This document shows, piece after piece, positions 1 to 8,014 of a stretch of 32,000 nucleotides of DNA (position 1 is the first letter of the stretch; each line of letters begins with the position of its first letter). The position numbers were made by a program, and so were the translations under genes. The DNA is taken from the NCBI RefSeq assembly GCF_003966335.1, contig NZ_CP034549.1:2490001-2522000 (forward strand). The letters run 5' to 3'. Origin of the DNA: Nonlabens ponticola. GTDB lineage: Bacteria > Bacteroidota > Bacteroidia > Flavobacteriales > Flavobacteriaceae. The notes under the pieces were generated by a model. That model was not told where the DNA came from and did no database searches. It saw nothing but the letters and a program-made list of their open reading frames with translations.

Positions 1-1272
1 AGTAATGGAAAGGTTGCTGTAATCGATCCTGAACGTGATCCTGCGCAATATCTAGCATTTGCAGAAGCGCACAATGCGAAAATTGTTGCTGTTATAGAAA
101 CACATCCCCATGCAGATTTTGTGAGCTCGCATCTTGAACTGCACAAAACGACTGGCGCTACCATTTATAATTCTGAAAAATTAGGAGCTGACTATCCGCA
201 TCAGGCTTTTGACAACGGTGATCATATCGATCTAGGAGACGTGAAGATCAACGCTATTAACACGCCAGGTCACTCGCCAGACAGCATCACCATCGTTGCT
301 ACAAATGGAGAAGAAACTGCTCTATTTACAGGCGACACCTTATTTATAGGCGATGTAGGAAGACCAGATTTGAGAGAGAAAGCAGGCAACATGCAAGCCA
401 AAAGAGAAGAGCTGGGCGAGATGATGTATGAAACGATTACTACTAAATTTAATGATCTACCAGATAATGCCTTGGTATATCCTGCGCATGGTGCAGGATC
501 TTTATGCGGTAAAAATATGAGTGATGCCGCGAGCAGCACCCTAGGTGATGAAAGAGCCAGCAATTGGGCTTTCCAGTCGCAGAGCAAAGAAGAGTTTATG
601 AATACCATTCTCGATGGACAACCATTTATCCCATCTTATTTTGGGTACGACGTGGATCTCAACAAAAAAGGCGCAGCTGATTTACAACCTAGTGTTGATG
701 CAATACCTTTAGAAGAAAGTGCTCAGGCGAGCGGTTTGATCGTGGATATGCGCGATGAGGCTGATTTCAAGAGAGGTCATTTGCCTGGCAGCATCAACAT
801 CATGGCTGTATCGGACAATTCTAAATTTGAGACCTGGTTAGGCTCTATCGTTGAACCAAAAGAAGCATTCACACTGGTCATTGACAAAAAAGAAAACAAA
901 GACAAATTGCTGCATCGCATTGCCAAAATAGGTTATGAAAAGCAACTTAACAAAGTGATCACGTTAGCAAATAACGGCTTGAATACAACAGAGAGACTTG
1001 ACCTATCAGATTTTAAACAGCATCCTGAGAACTACACTATCGTTGACATACGCAATAATAGCGAGATTGATGAAGGTAAAATATTTGATGGTGCCCTAGC
1101 GCACCAATTGAACGAGTTGCGTGACACCGCAGATCAAATACCAACTGACAAACCTATTGTGGTGCATTGTGCTGGCGGTTACCGCAGCGCTGCAGGTAGT
1201 AGTATTTTGAGCAAAGCGCTTGATGATGTAAAGGTTTATGACTTGAGCGATGATGTAAAGCAGTTTCAATAA
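1..1272 (+). CDS. MBL-fold metallo-hydrolase (persulfide-dioxygenase-like) fused to a C-terminal rhodanese domain; 5' end lies outside the window
   Basis: Frame 1 is open from base 1, so the tracked GTG at 121 is internal. THPHADF (the HxHxD metal motif) is encoded at about 100-120. A C-terminal CAGGYRS loop matches the rhodanese Cys-x4-R active site. Confidence 0.85.
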   Translation, partial: SNGKVAVIDPERDPAQYLAFAEAHNAKIVAVIETHPHADFVSSHLELHKTTGATIYNSEKLGADYPHQAFDNGDHIDLGDVKINAINTPGHSPDSITIVATNGEETALFTGDTLFIGDVGRPDLREKAGNMQAKREELGEMMYETITTKFNDLPDNALVYPAHGAGSLCGKNMSDAASSTLGDERASNWAFQSQSKEEFMNTILDGQPFIPSYFGYDVDLNKKGAADLQPSVDAIPLEESAQASGLIVDMRDEADFKRGHLPGSINIMAVSDNSKFETWLGSIVEPKEAFTLVIDKKENKDKLLHRIAKIGYEKQLNKVITLANNGLNTTERLDLSDFKQHPENYTIVDIRNNSEIDEGKIFDGALAHQLNELRDTADQIPTDKPIVVHCAGGYRSAAGSSILSKALDDVKVYDLSDDVKQFQ

Positions 1273-1273
1273 G

Positions 1274-1281
1274 TATTTTTG
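1274..1281 (+). promoter_or_regulatory. Candidate Bacteroidota sigma-A -7 box (TAttTTTG)
   Basis: Matches TAnnTTTG, 27 nt upstream of the ATG at 1308. The motif is short, so chance matches are expected. Confidence 0.35.
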
Positions 1282-1307
1282 CACCCTGAAAACATAACCG
1301 GATTGTA

Positions 1308-2336
1308 ATGTCAAAAAAACGATCATTATTGGTTTTTAGGGTGCTTCTATTAATAGGTACGGCGGTCTCCTTATATTTTGTGCCTTGGCCTATTGTCATG
1401 GCGTGGATACAGCCCTTACCAGATACGGTGCAGGAACAGATAGATCAAGTTCATGAATACGGATTTGATGGCATCATCGTGTATGTGGATCAAAAAGGCA
1501 AACCACCTGAATTCTATACAGCAGGTTACAAAAACACTGAGAGCAAAACACCAGCAGACGCGCAGTCATTGTTCAAGATTGCTAGTGTAGAAAAATTATT
1601 CAAAGCTCTAACGGTTGCAAAACTGAGTTACAGAAATCATTTATCGCTGGATAGAAGTCTTGCAGCATATTTACCAGACCTGAGTAAAAACGTCAAAAAT
1701 GCTGATGAGATTACTTTGAGAATGCTAGTGCAGCACCGCAGCGGTATTCCTGATTATACGTACACTAAAGACTACTGGGCAAATCCCAAAAACACAGTCG
1801 AAGAAAACCTAAATCTTATTACAGACCAACCAGCAGAATTTGCGCCTGACACTGATTATGGTTATTCAAACACAAATTATTTGCTATTGGGCAGAATCCT
1901 AGATCAAACTCTAGGCTACAATCATTTTCAATATATTGAAAATGAAATCCTCAAACCCTTACAATTAAATAATATTCACACATCCATAAATGAAGTAAAC
2001 ATTGAAAATGTCATGAGTGGCTACTATGTGGGTTATCCTCACGATCTCAAAACTGAAGATGTAGGAATGCTTGCCACGGCACAGGACTTAGGCAGATTTA
2101 TCAGGGCACTCAATGAAGGCACCGTATTTACAGACTCGACTGAACAACAAATCTATTCCTCGATATATGTCTATGAGCATACGGGCCTTATTCCTGGCTA
2201 TCAGACCATAGCAAAATACCATGCTGACATGGATACCGTGGTTATCCAGTTCACAAATACTGTAGATTTTGAAGGCTACAACTGGAACATGTCAGAAATA
2301 ATGTATAGTCGTATCCTGAAAATATTAAGACAATAG
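1308..2336 (+). CDS. Serine hydrolase, beta-lactamase (class C-like)/PBP family
   Basis: 342-aa ORF with an N-terminal hydrophobic anchor, the S-x-x-K motif (SVEK) and a YSN motif (YGYSNTNY). Confidence 0.85.
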   Translation: MSKKRSLLVFRVLLLIGTAVSLYFVPWPIVMAWIQPLPDTVQEQIDQVHEYGFDGIIVYVDQKGKPPEFYTAGYKNTESKTPADAQSLFKIASVEKLFKALTVAKLSYRNHLSLDRSLAAYLPDLSKNVKNADEITLRMLVQHRSGIPDYTYTKDYWANPKNTVEENLNLITDQPAEFAPDTDYGYSNTNYLLLGRILDQTLGYNHFQYIENEILKPLQLNNIHTSINEVNIENVMSGYYVGYPHDLKTEDVGMLATAQDLGRFIRALNEGTVFTDSTEQQIYSSIYVYEHTGLIPGYQTIAKYHADMDTVVIQFTNTVDFEGYNWNMSEIMYSRILKILRQ

Positions 2337-2346
2337 CTTTTTGGTG

Positions 2347-2368
2347 TTACGCTTTCGCGAAAGCGTAA
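2347..2368. repeat. Dispersed 22-bp perfect palindrome TTACGCTTTCGCGAAAGCGTAA, copy 1
   Basis: Read directly. It is intergenic, 10 nt after the stop at 2336. It shares the extra upstream flank AATAGCTTTTTG with copy 2. Confidence 0.9.
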
Positions 2369-2462
2369 TCTTGAAAAATCTATGTTCTATTTGCAGCCAG
2401 CGTAACTCATGTTACACATACTGCAATTCTTGTCAATTACATTTGCTCTAAAATTAAACCTT

Positions 2463-3026
2463 ATGAACAGGATCTATGAACCATGGCCATGGTATGTGGC
2501 AGGACCTATGATAGCATTAACAATGTTCTTGCTGCTGCTAGTTGGCAAGAAATTTGGAATGTCATCGCCTTTACGCACTACATGTTCCGCATTGGGTGCT
2601 GGAAAAGCAGCATCCTTTTTTAGATTTGACTGGAAAGCAGAGCGTTGGAATTTGATGGTAGTACTAGGCGCAGTCATTGGTGGTTTTATCGCCTCAAATT
2701 TTTTGAGTGACAACACGGTGGAAATCAATCCAGAGATCGCACAACAACTATCTACCGACTACAACATAGATAGCGCTGGCGATGCTTACTTACCACCAGA
2801 AATATTTGGATTTGAAGCCTTGTCAGATCCATTGATTATAGCTGTACTGTTAATAGGTGGCTTGCTAGTTGGTTTTGGTGCACGTTATGCTGGTGGTTGT
2901 ACTTCAGGTCATGCTATTTCTGGATTGAGTAATCTACAGTTACCATCGTTGATCGCAGTGATAGGCTTCTTTATAGGTGGCCTAGTGATGATCAACTTTA
3001 TTTACCCTTTAATTTTTACAGCATGA
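2463..3026 (+). CDS. YeeE/YedE family sulfur-compound transporter, first half
   Basis: Polytopic membrane protein with the GGCTSGH motif. I chose the ATG at 2463 (MNRIYEPWPWY...) because the family N-terminus is short. The ORF track start at 2409 remains possible. Confidence 0.8.
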   Translation: MNRIYEPWPWYVAGPMIALTMFLLLLVGKKFGMSSPLRTTCSALGAGKAASFFRFDWKAERWNLMVVLGAVIGGFIASNFLSDNTVEINPEIAQQLSTDYNIDSAGDAYLPPEIFGFEALSDPLIIAVLLIGGLLVGFGARYAGGCTSGHAISGLSNLQLPSLIAVIGFFIGGLVMINFIYPLIFTA

Positions 3027-3436
3027 GGTACATCAGTTATTTAGCTATAGGTATATTTTTTGGCATCGTCATGTTCAAATCAGAGGCTGCATCTTGGTTC
3101 AGGATTTATGAGATGTTCAAATTTGGCAGCTTTCATATGTATGGTATCATTGGATCTGCTTTGGCACTTGGTGTTGTCGGTATTCAAATTATAAAGCGCA
3201 AGAATATTAAAACGGTGGACGGTAATGAGATGAGTTTACAGCCTAAAGACAGAAGCATCGCTCGTTATCTTTTTGGTGGAATTATTTTCGGCTTGGGATG
3301 GGCGTTATCAGGAGCCTGTCCTGGACCCATGTACGTACTTGCAGGTGCTGGTTTTGGCTCTGTATTGATTGTTATATTGGGAGCCATATTTGGAACGTTT
3401 CTCTATGGACTGCTTAGAAATAGATTGCCGCACTAA
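3023..3436 (+). CDS. YeeE/YedE-type membrane protein, second half (DUF6691-like)
   Basis: An ATGA start/stop overlap with the upstream gene suggests translational coupling. It has 4 predicted TM segments and an SGACPGP motif. Confidence 0.8.
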   Translation: MRYISYLAIGIFFGIVMFKSEAASWFRIYEMFKFGSFHMYGIIGSALALGVVGIQIIKRKNIKTVDGNEMSLQPKDRSIARYLFGGIIFGLGWALSGACPGPMYVLAGAGFGSVLIVILGAIFGTFLYGLLRNRLPH

Positions 3437-3480
3437 TCGTTAAATAAAAGCGTAACTTCAATTATTCTCAAAGAAAAATC

Positions 3481-3864
3481 ATGGCCACGAGCAAAATAGT
3501 AAGCTTACTTTTTTTAAAATGCCCACATTGCCGAAAGGGAAATTTGTTAGAGTCACATCCGTACAAAATATCTAAGTTCAACAAGGTCAATCAGCATTGC
3601 CCTAATTGTGATTTCAAGCTCGTGATTGAACCTAGTTTCTACTATGGTAGTATGTATGTTTCCTACGGATTAGGTGTCGCGTTTGCAGTAGCCACATATG
3701 TCATCATGCTACTGCTGGATATTGCATCAAATCCTTTATATATTTTTTTAGCAATTCTGGTAGTTCTTGTAGTAATATGGCCTTATACCGGTGCGCTTGC
3801 AAAATCTATCTGGGCGCATCTCTTTATCTCCTATGATAAGGATGCTGGTTTGAAAAGTAAGTAA
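3481..3864 (+). CDS. DUF983-like membrane protein with an N-terminal CxxC...CxxC zinc ribbon
   Basis: CPHC and CPNC pairs are followed by EPSFYYGSMYVSYG and two TM helices. Confidence 0.7.
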   Translation: MATSKIVSLLFLKCPHCRKGNLLESHPYKISKFNKVNQHCPNCDFKLVIEPSFYYGSMYVSYGLGVAFAVATYVIMLLLDIASNPLYIFLAILVVLVVIWPYTGALAKSIWAHLFISYDKDAGLKSK

Positions 3865-3888
3865 TTTGCGAAATGAGGCAATCAGTCT

Positions 3889-5037
3889 CTAGTTCATTTC
3901 TGCGACTGTGAATGGCAAGGTAACGGTAAGCTCGGTGCCTTGTTCTTGATCGGTTTCAAAGGTAATGTCACCTTTGTGAGATTGTGCTATAAGGCGTGCA
4001 ATGTACGTTCCTAGACCAGTTCCTTTTTCTTTTCCTGAAGAAACGTACTTATCAAAGAATCGCTTTTGAACATGCTCCGGCACCATGCCCTCATTCTTGA
4101 TACGTATTTCCAATAGATCAGCTGAAGAGACATCTATACCAACAGTAGAACCATCTGGTGCGGCTTCTACTGCATTTGTAATCAAATTATTAAGCAGGTG
4201 ATTGACATAGGTCTCGTCTGCTTTGACATTTACCACCGTAGGTTTTTGAGCTTCTTTACCTTCGACAGTTAGTCTTATTCTATTTTGCTTGGCAGCAGTC
4301 AAATCTTTGAGCTGTTCTTTCAATTTACTTACTGTAGAAACTATGTCGAGATCCTCATATTTAGGCTTAAACTCACCCATTTCCATCTGGACGAAATCTT
4401 TAGTAGTTTCCAGTATGCCTAACGTTCTATGACCAGCACGTTCAATAAATTCTACCCATTTAGTCTGCATCTCATCAAGAGATGACTTTTTCAACATGGT
4501 AGCAACGGTAATTATAGAGCCTATGCTGTTGCGCATTTGATGGTCAGATAGATCTGCTGCATTATTTTGCGCGGTGATCTTCTTCTCCATCAAGACTAAT
4601 GAGCTAGTCATACGCTCTACCGTTTCAGGAAGCTCGTCTATAGGTGCTATGAACGACATCAATCGCCACTTCTCATCGTCAATATCGATGCGCGTTGAAT
4701 GTGCAAAAATTTCAAATTCCTCACCGTGTTTGTTGCGCACGGTAAAGATTTCGGCGCGTTTTTGATCTTTATTGAAGAATTTTTTATGTGTCTTCTTTAG
4801 ATCTTTTTGATCAAGAACAGGTACTACCTTAGTGAATGACTCACCTATAAGCTCATCTCTAGTATAACCATAAGTATCTAGGTAAGCAGAGTTTACATCA
4901 GTAAAAATACCATTTTCATCTGTGAGACAAATACCTATAGGCATATGCTCAAAAATCCTGAAGTCAAGATTTTTGAAATCCTCAAATGCTGTTTTCAAGC
5001 TATCGAGTTGTTTTTTTACCTGTGTACTAGGTCTCAT
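3889..5037 (-). CDS. PAS-domain sensor histidine kinase (cytoplasmic, no adjacent response regulator)
   Basis: N-terminal PAS-like segment, an H-box (SDHQMRNSIGS), an N-box (LLNNLITNAVEA) and a G2 box (GTGLGTYIA). ATG start at 5037. Confidence 0.85.
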   Translation of the reverse strand: MRPSTQVKKQLDSLKTAFEDFKNLDFRIFEHMPIGICLTDENGIFTDVNSAYLDTYGYTRDELIGESFTKVVPVLDQKDLKKTHKKFFNKDQKRAEIFTVRNKHGEEFEIFAHSTRIDIDDEKWRLMSFIAPIDELPETVERMTSSLVLMEKKITAQNNAADLSDHQMRNSIGSIITVATMLKKSSLDEMQTKWVEFIERAGHRTLGILETTKDFVQMEMGEFKPKYEDLDIVSTVSKLKEQLKDLTAAKQNRIRLTVEGKEAQKPTVVNVKADETYVNHLLNNLITNAVEAAPDGSTVGIDVSSADLLEIRIKNEGMVPEHVQKRFFDKYVSSGKEKGTGLGTYIARLIAQSHKGDITFETDQEQGTELTVTLPFTVAEMN

Positions 5038-5282
5038 AATACTTAATTGCCTAGCAAGATAGTCTTTTAATTAAATTTTGTAAGAAATCAAGAAATCGTT
5101 ATGATTTAATTGGGAAAAAAGATATGATTAAATAAAATCGTCAAGGAATTTTAAATAGCTGAAAATTAAACAGATGGAAAATAGCACCAGCAAAATAGTT
5201 TAACGGTGTCGCGCAAAACGCACTGTAATACTCAACAAGCGATATTTCCTATGTTTTATTTATTCTCAGTATAATTAGGTAA

Positions 5283-5313
5283 GTTGTCACACATCTCATG
5301 ATACTGCATCTAA
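5283..5313 (+). promoter_or_regulatory. Candidate ECF-type promoter GTTGTCACA-N16-ATCTAA (autoregulatory)
   Basis: The same bipartite motif with the same 16-nt spacer recurs at 6273-6303. This copy ends 15 nt before the sigma-factor ATG. Confidence 0.55.
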
Positions 5314-5328
5314 TTAATAAAACGATCC

Positions 5329-6207
5329 ATGCACAATCCATTTCTAAAAGAATACAGTAGTGACAAAACAGATGAACAACTAGTGCGTGAGGCACAAGAT
5401 GGTGATAAAAAATCGCTCGAAGAGCTTATCCTAAAACACCAACCATTTATTTATAACATCGCCTGGAAAATGGTGCGCCATCCCAAAGATGCTGAAGATC
5501 TAACCCAAGAAGCAACGATAAAAATCATTACTAATCTATCCAAGTTTGAGAACCGCAGCGCTTTTAGAACCTGGGCATACCGCATTGTGGCAAATCATTT
5601 CTTGATGTCAAAGCGACGACCCAACGAGTCGGTCTTTGAAAGTTTTGATAAAATGGCGCAAGGTCTGGAAATGACCCCAGATACTCCACTCACACCATTG
5701 GAACAACAGGAGAAGAAGGAATTTATACGCGAGATGAATTACAGCTGCATGAGCGGCATGCTGTTGTGCCTTACTCGCGAGCAGCGACTCGTCTACATTC
5801 TAGGCGAGATGTTCAATGCAGACCATTCCATAGGTTCACAGATTTTGGAAATTTCGAAGGACAACTTCCGTCAGCGCTTGTCTAGAGCACGCAAGGATAT
5901 TTACAACTTCATGAATGAGAAATGCGGCCTGGTCAACAAGTCAAATCCTTGTCGCTGTCATAAGAAGGTGACATTTGCTATGGACAACAAGGTCATAGAC
6001 AGCAAAAATCTATTATTTAATCGATCTGAATATTCAAAGTTCAAGAACGAGATCAAACAAGATGCAGATGAAATGTTGGATATCATTGATGAGAAATATG
6101 CGCAACTCTACGGCAACCTACCCTTCAAGAAGGACTTTGACAAGCAGACCTTTCTTAAGGATATCGTCAATGATCAACACATCAAAAATCTGATGAATTT
6201 GAATTAA
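5329..6207 (+). CDS. ECF-type sigma-70 family RNA polymerase sigma factor with a roughly 95-aa C-terminal extension
   Basis: Region 2 (DLTQEATIKI...FRTWAYRIVANHF) and region 4 (LTREQRLVYILGE...ISKDNFRQRLSRARKDI) are recognisable. The extension contains C199-x8-C208-x-C210-H211. Confidence 0.85.
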   Translation: MHNPFLKEYSSDKTDEQLVREAQDGDKKSLEELILKHQPFIYNIAWKMVRHPKDAEDLTQEATIKIITNLSKFENRSAFRTWAYRIVANHFLMSKRRPNESVFESFDKMAQGLEMTPDTPLTPLEQQEKKEFIREMNYSCMSGMLLCLTREQRLVYILGEMFNADHSIGSQILEISKDNFRQRLSRARKDIYNFMNEKCGLVNKSNPCRCHKKVTFAMDNKVIDSKNLLFNRSEYSKFKNEIKQDADEMLDIIDEKYAQLYGNLPFKKDFDKQTFLKDIVNDQHIKNLMNLN

Positions 6208-6238
6208 TTATCACTTCTCACACCTCATTAAACCTCAA

Positions 6239-6264
6239 AACCTGGACTTATGTTCGGGTTTTTT
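6239..6264 (+). terminator. Rho-independent terminator after the sigma-factor gene
   Basis: A 9-bp stem AACCUGGAC/GUUCGGGUU (2 G-U pairs), a 4-nt loop, then UUUU. Confidence 0.55.
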
Positions 6265-6272
6265 CTTGCAAT

Positions 6273-6303
6273 GTTGTCACAGGTATACACTATATGAATC
6301 TAA
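6273..6303 (+). promoter_or_regulatory. Candidate ECF-type promoter GTTGTCACA-N16-ATCTAA for the SRPBCC operon
   Basis: Carries the same 9-mer and 6-mer, at the same spacing, as 5283-5313. It lies downstream of the terminator at 6239-6264. Confidence 0.55.
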
Positions 6304-6325
6304 GATGTAAATAGCTTTTTGAGAG

Positions 6326-6347
6326 TTACGCTTTCGCGAAAGCATAA
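6326..6347. repeat. Dispersed palindrome, copy 2 (TTACGCTTTCGCGAAAGCATAA, 1 mismatch)
   Basis: Read directly. It sits 15 nt upstream of the ATG at 6362, inside the predicted leader of the ECF-type promoter. Confidence 0.9.
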
Positions 6348-6361
6348 AAACAACAAACATC

Positions 6362-6865
6362 ATGGAAATAAAGAAAACCGTACACATCAATGCCACCGCT
6401 GCAGCTGTCTGGAAAACGCTGTATGAGAATTATGGTCAGGCCTGCGATTGGGCGAGCACAGTCAATGAATCACAATTGAGAAAAGTTTCAGGCTCACAGC
6501 ATGGCGGTCGTACCTGCTCTACCTCACTAGGTCAGGTAAGCGAGATTCTAGATCATGTCAATGAAGAAAAAATGGAACTGAGTTACCACGTAGATGACAC
6601 ACCATTTATCATGAAATCTGCACAGGCAGATTGGAAAGTAACGCCTACTGCGGTTAATACATCCAGCGTGAGCATGCACATGAATATGGAACTCGCTACC
6701 CTACCAAAAATTCTCATGGGCTGGATGATCAAGCCCAAAGTGAGAAAGGATATTGATCAGACACTAGAGGATCTAAAATTCTATGTGGAGAATGGCAAAC
6801 AGTCAGAAGCCAAGAAAAAATCTGACGCTAAATATTTTAAGAAAAAAGGTAGAAAGGCTGCCTAA
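6362..6865 (+). CDS. SRPBCC (START/polyketide-cyclase-like) family protein
   Basis: The N-terminus MEIKKTVHINATAAAVWKTL is typical of SRPBCC proteins. The C-terminal tail is Lys-rich. Confidence 0.75.
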   Translation: MEIKKTVHINATAAAVWKTLYENYGQACDWASTVNESQLRKVSGSQHGGRTCSTSLGQVSEILDHVNEEKMELSYHVDDTPFIMKSAQADWKVTPTAVNTSSVSMHMNMELATLPKILMGWMIKPKVRKDIDQTLEDLKFYVENGKQSEAKKKSDAKYFKKKGRKAA

Positions 6866-6908
6866 TCACGATCGATACGATCAATCATTAATTTTTAAAA
6901 ATAACAAA

Positions 6909-7529
6909 ATGAAATTCACAACAAAATCAATTATCCCAACGCTATTATTTTCAATGATAGCTGTAGTAAGCATGGGTCAGTCCATGGACAAAAAATACAG
7001 AACGGTCAAGGTAGAGCTTGACATCGACGCGCCAGCCGCAAGAGTCTGGGAAGCCATGGTTACAGATTATGGAGAAATATCCAACTTTTCACCATACATC
7101 TACACATCTGACTACATCAACGGGAGCCTGGAAGGTAAAGTAGGCGCGCAGCGCAAATGCGACTTCAATGCTAAAGGTACACAATGGGCAAAGGAAGAAA
7201 TCGTCGCCATTGACAAGGAGAACATGATCATGACCAATCGTGTGATCGACGGTAAGAAACTGCCTCTCAATTTTGATAATTCAAGAGCATTTTACACGGT
7301 CAAGGATAACGGTGATGGCACCTCAACGGCTGGTTATGAATTCCAGTTTAGAACAAAGCCTGCCTTTATGGGCGTTATGGCTCAAGGTCAATTCAAAAAA
7401 CAATTGAAAGGCACGCTTGTAGGTTTAAAACACTATGTAGAGACAGGCGAGATCGTACGTGGCGGTAATGGTGTTTATAAAGAGATCAAGGATAACTATC
7501 CAGAACCAACGGTAATCAAAACCAAGTAA
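6909..7529 (+). CDS. Secreted SRPBCC family protein
   Basis: The ATG at 6909 gives a signal peptide (MKFTTKSIIPTLLFSMIAVVSMGQS) followed by VELDIDAPAARVWEAM. The tracked start at 6783 would overlap the upstream gene. Confidence 0.75.
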   Translation: MKFTTKSIIPTLLFSMIAVVSMGQSMDKKYRTVKVELDIDAPAARVWEAMVTDYGEISNFSPYIYTSDYINGSLEGKVGAQRKCDFNAKGTQWAKEEIVAIDKENMIMTNRVIDGKKLPLNFDNSRAFYTVKDNGDGTSTAGYEFQFRTKPAFMGVMAQGQFKKQLKGTLVGLKHYVETGEIVRGGNGVYKEIKDNYPEPTVIKTK

Positions 7530-7588
7530 TGCCCAGCTGCAACAACTTGAGATTAGTACCGATACATAAAATCATTAAAAACAGAAAT

Positions 7589-7942
7589 ATGAATAATAAA
7601 GAGCTAGCAAACAGATTAGTAGAACTATTGAGAAAAGGAGAATTCAACACAGTCTATGATGAACTATTCCATCCACAAGCCGTGCATATCGAGCCACAGT
7701 CAGAGCACTTTGCTCGAGTAGAAGGCGTACCAGCGATCAAAGCAAAGGATGCTGCCATGCAGGAAAACATCGCTGCGGTAGATGGTCTTGAAGTAGGCGA
7801 TGCAATCGTTGCAAGAGATTACATAGCCTTACCGTATAAAATGACGGTCACTTTAAAAGACGGCAACCAGTGGCCACTTGATGAGATCATCGTTTATAAG
7901 GTTGAGGATGGCAAAATAGTTTCGGAACAATTTTTCTATTAA
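7589..7942 (+). CDS. NTF2/SnoaL-like small protein
   Basis: 117 aa from the ATG at 7589 (MNNKELANRLVELLRKGEF...), ending in a beta-rich KIVSEQFFY. The tracked start at 7529 is less likely. Confidence 0.65.
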   Translation: MNNKELANRLVELLRKGEFNTVYDELFHPQAVHIEPQSEHFARVEGVPAIKAKDAAMQENIAAVDGLEVGDAIVARDYIALPYKMTVTLKDGNQWPLDEIIVYKVEDGKIVSEQFFY

Positions 7943-7964
7943 CCTCAACATTTACACAAAAAGT

Positions 7965-7993
7965 AAAGCCCTTGAAAACTTCAAGGGCTTTTT
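7965..7993. terminator. Bidirectional rho-independent terminator between convergent genes
   Basis: A perfect 11-bp stem AAAGCCCTTGA/TCAAGGGCTTT with a 5-nt loop, flanked by A and T runs. Confidence 0.65.
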
Positions 7994-8014
7994 AATTTAT
8001 AATAGAGTTGCTGA

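Noticed and set aside
270-1399. Minus-strand ORFs 270-608, 1096-1326 and 1154-1399
   Set aside because: They are antisense to the MBL-rhodanese CDS and to the start of the hydrolase gene, and their translations are implausible.
6783-6908. The N-terminal extension of the second SRPBCC ORF
   Set aside because: It overlaps the 3' end of the preceding gene in another frame. The internal ATG at 6909 yields a clean signal peptide.
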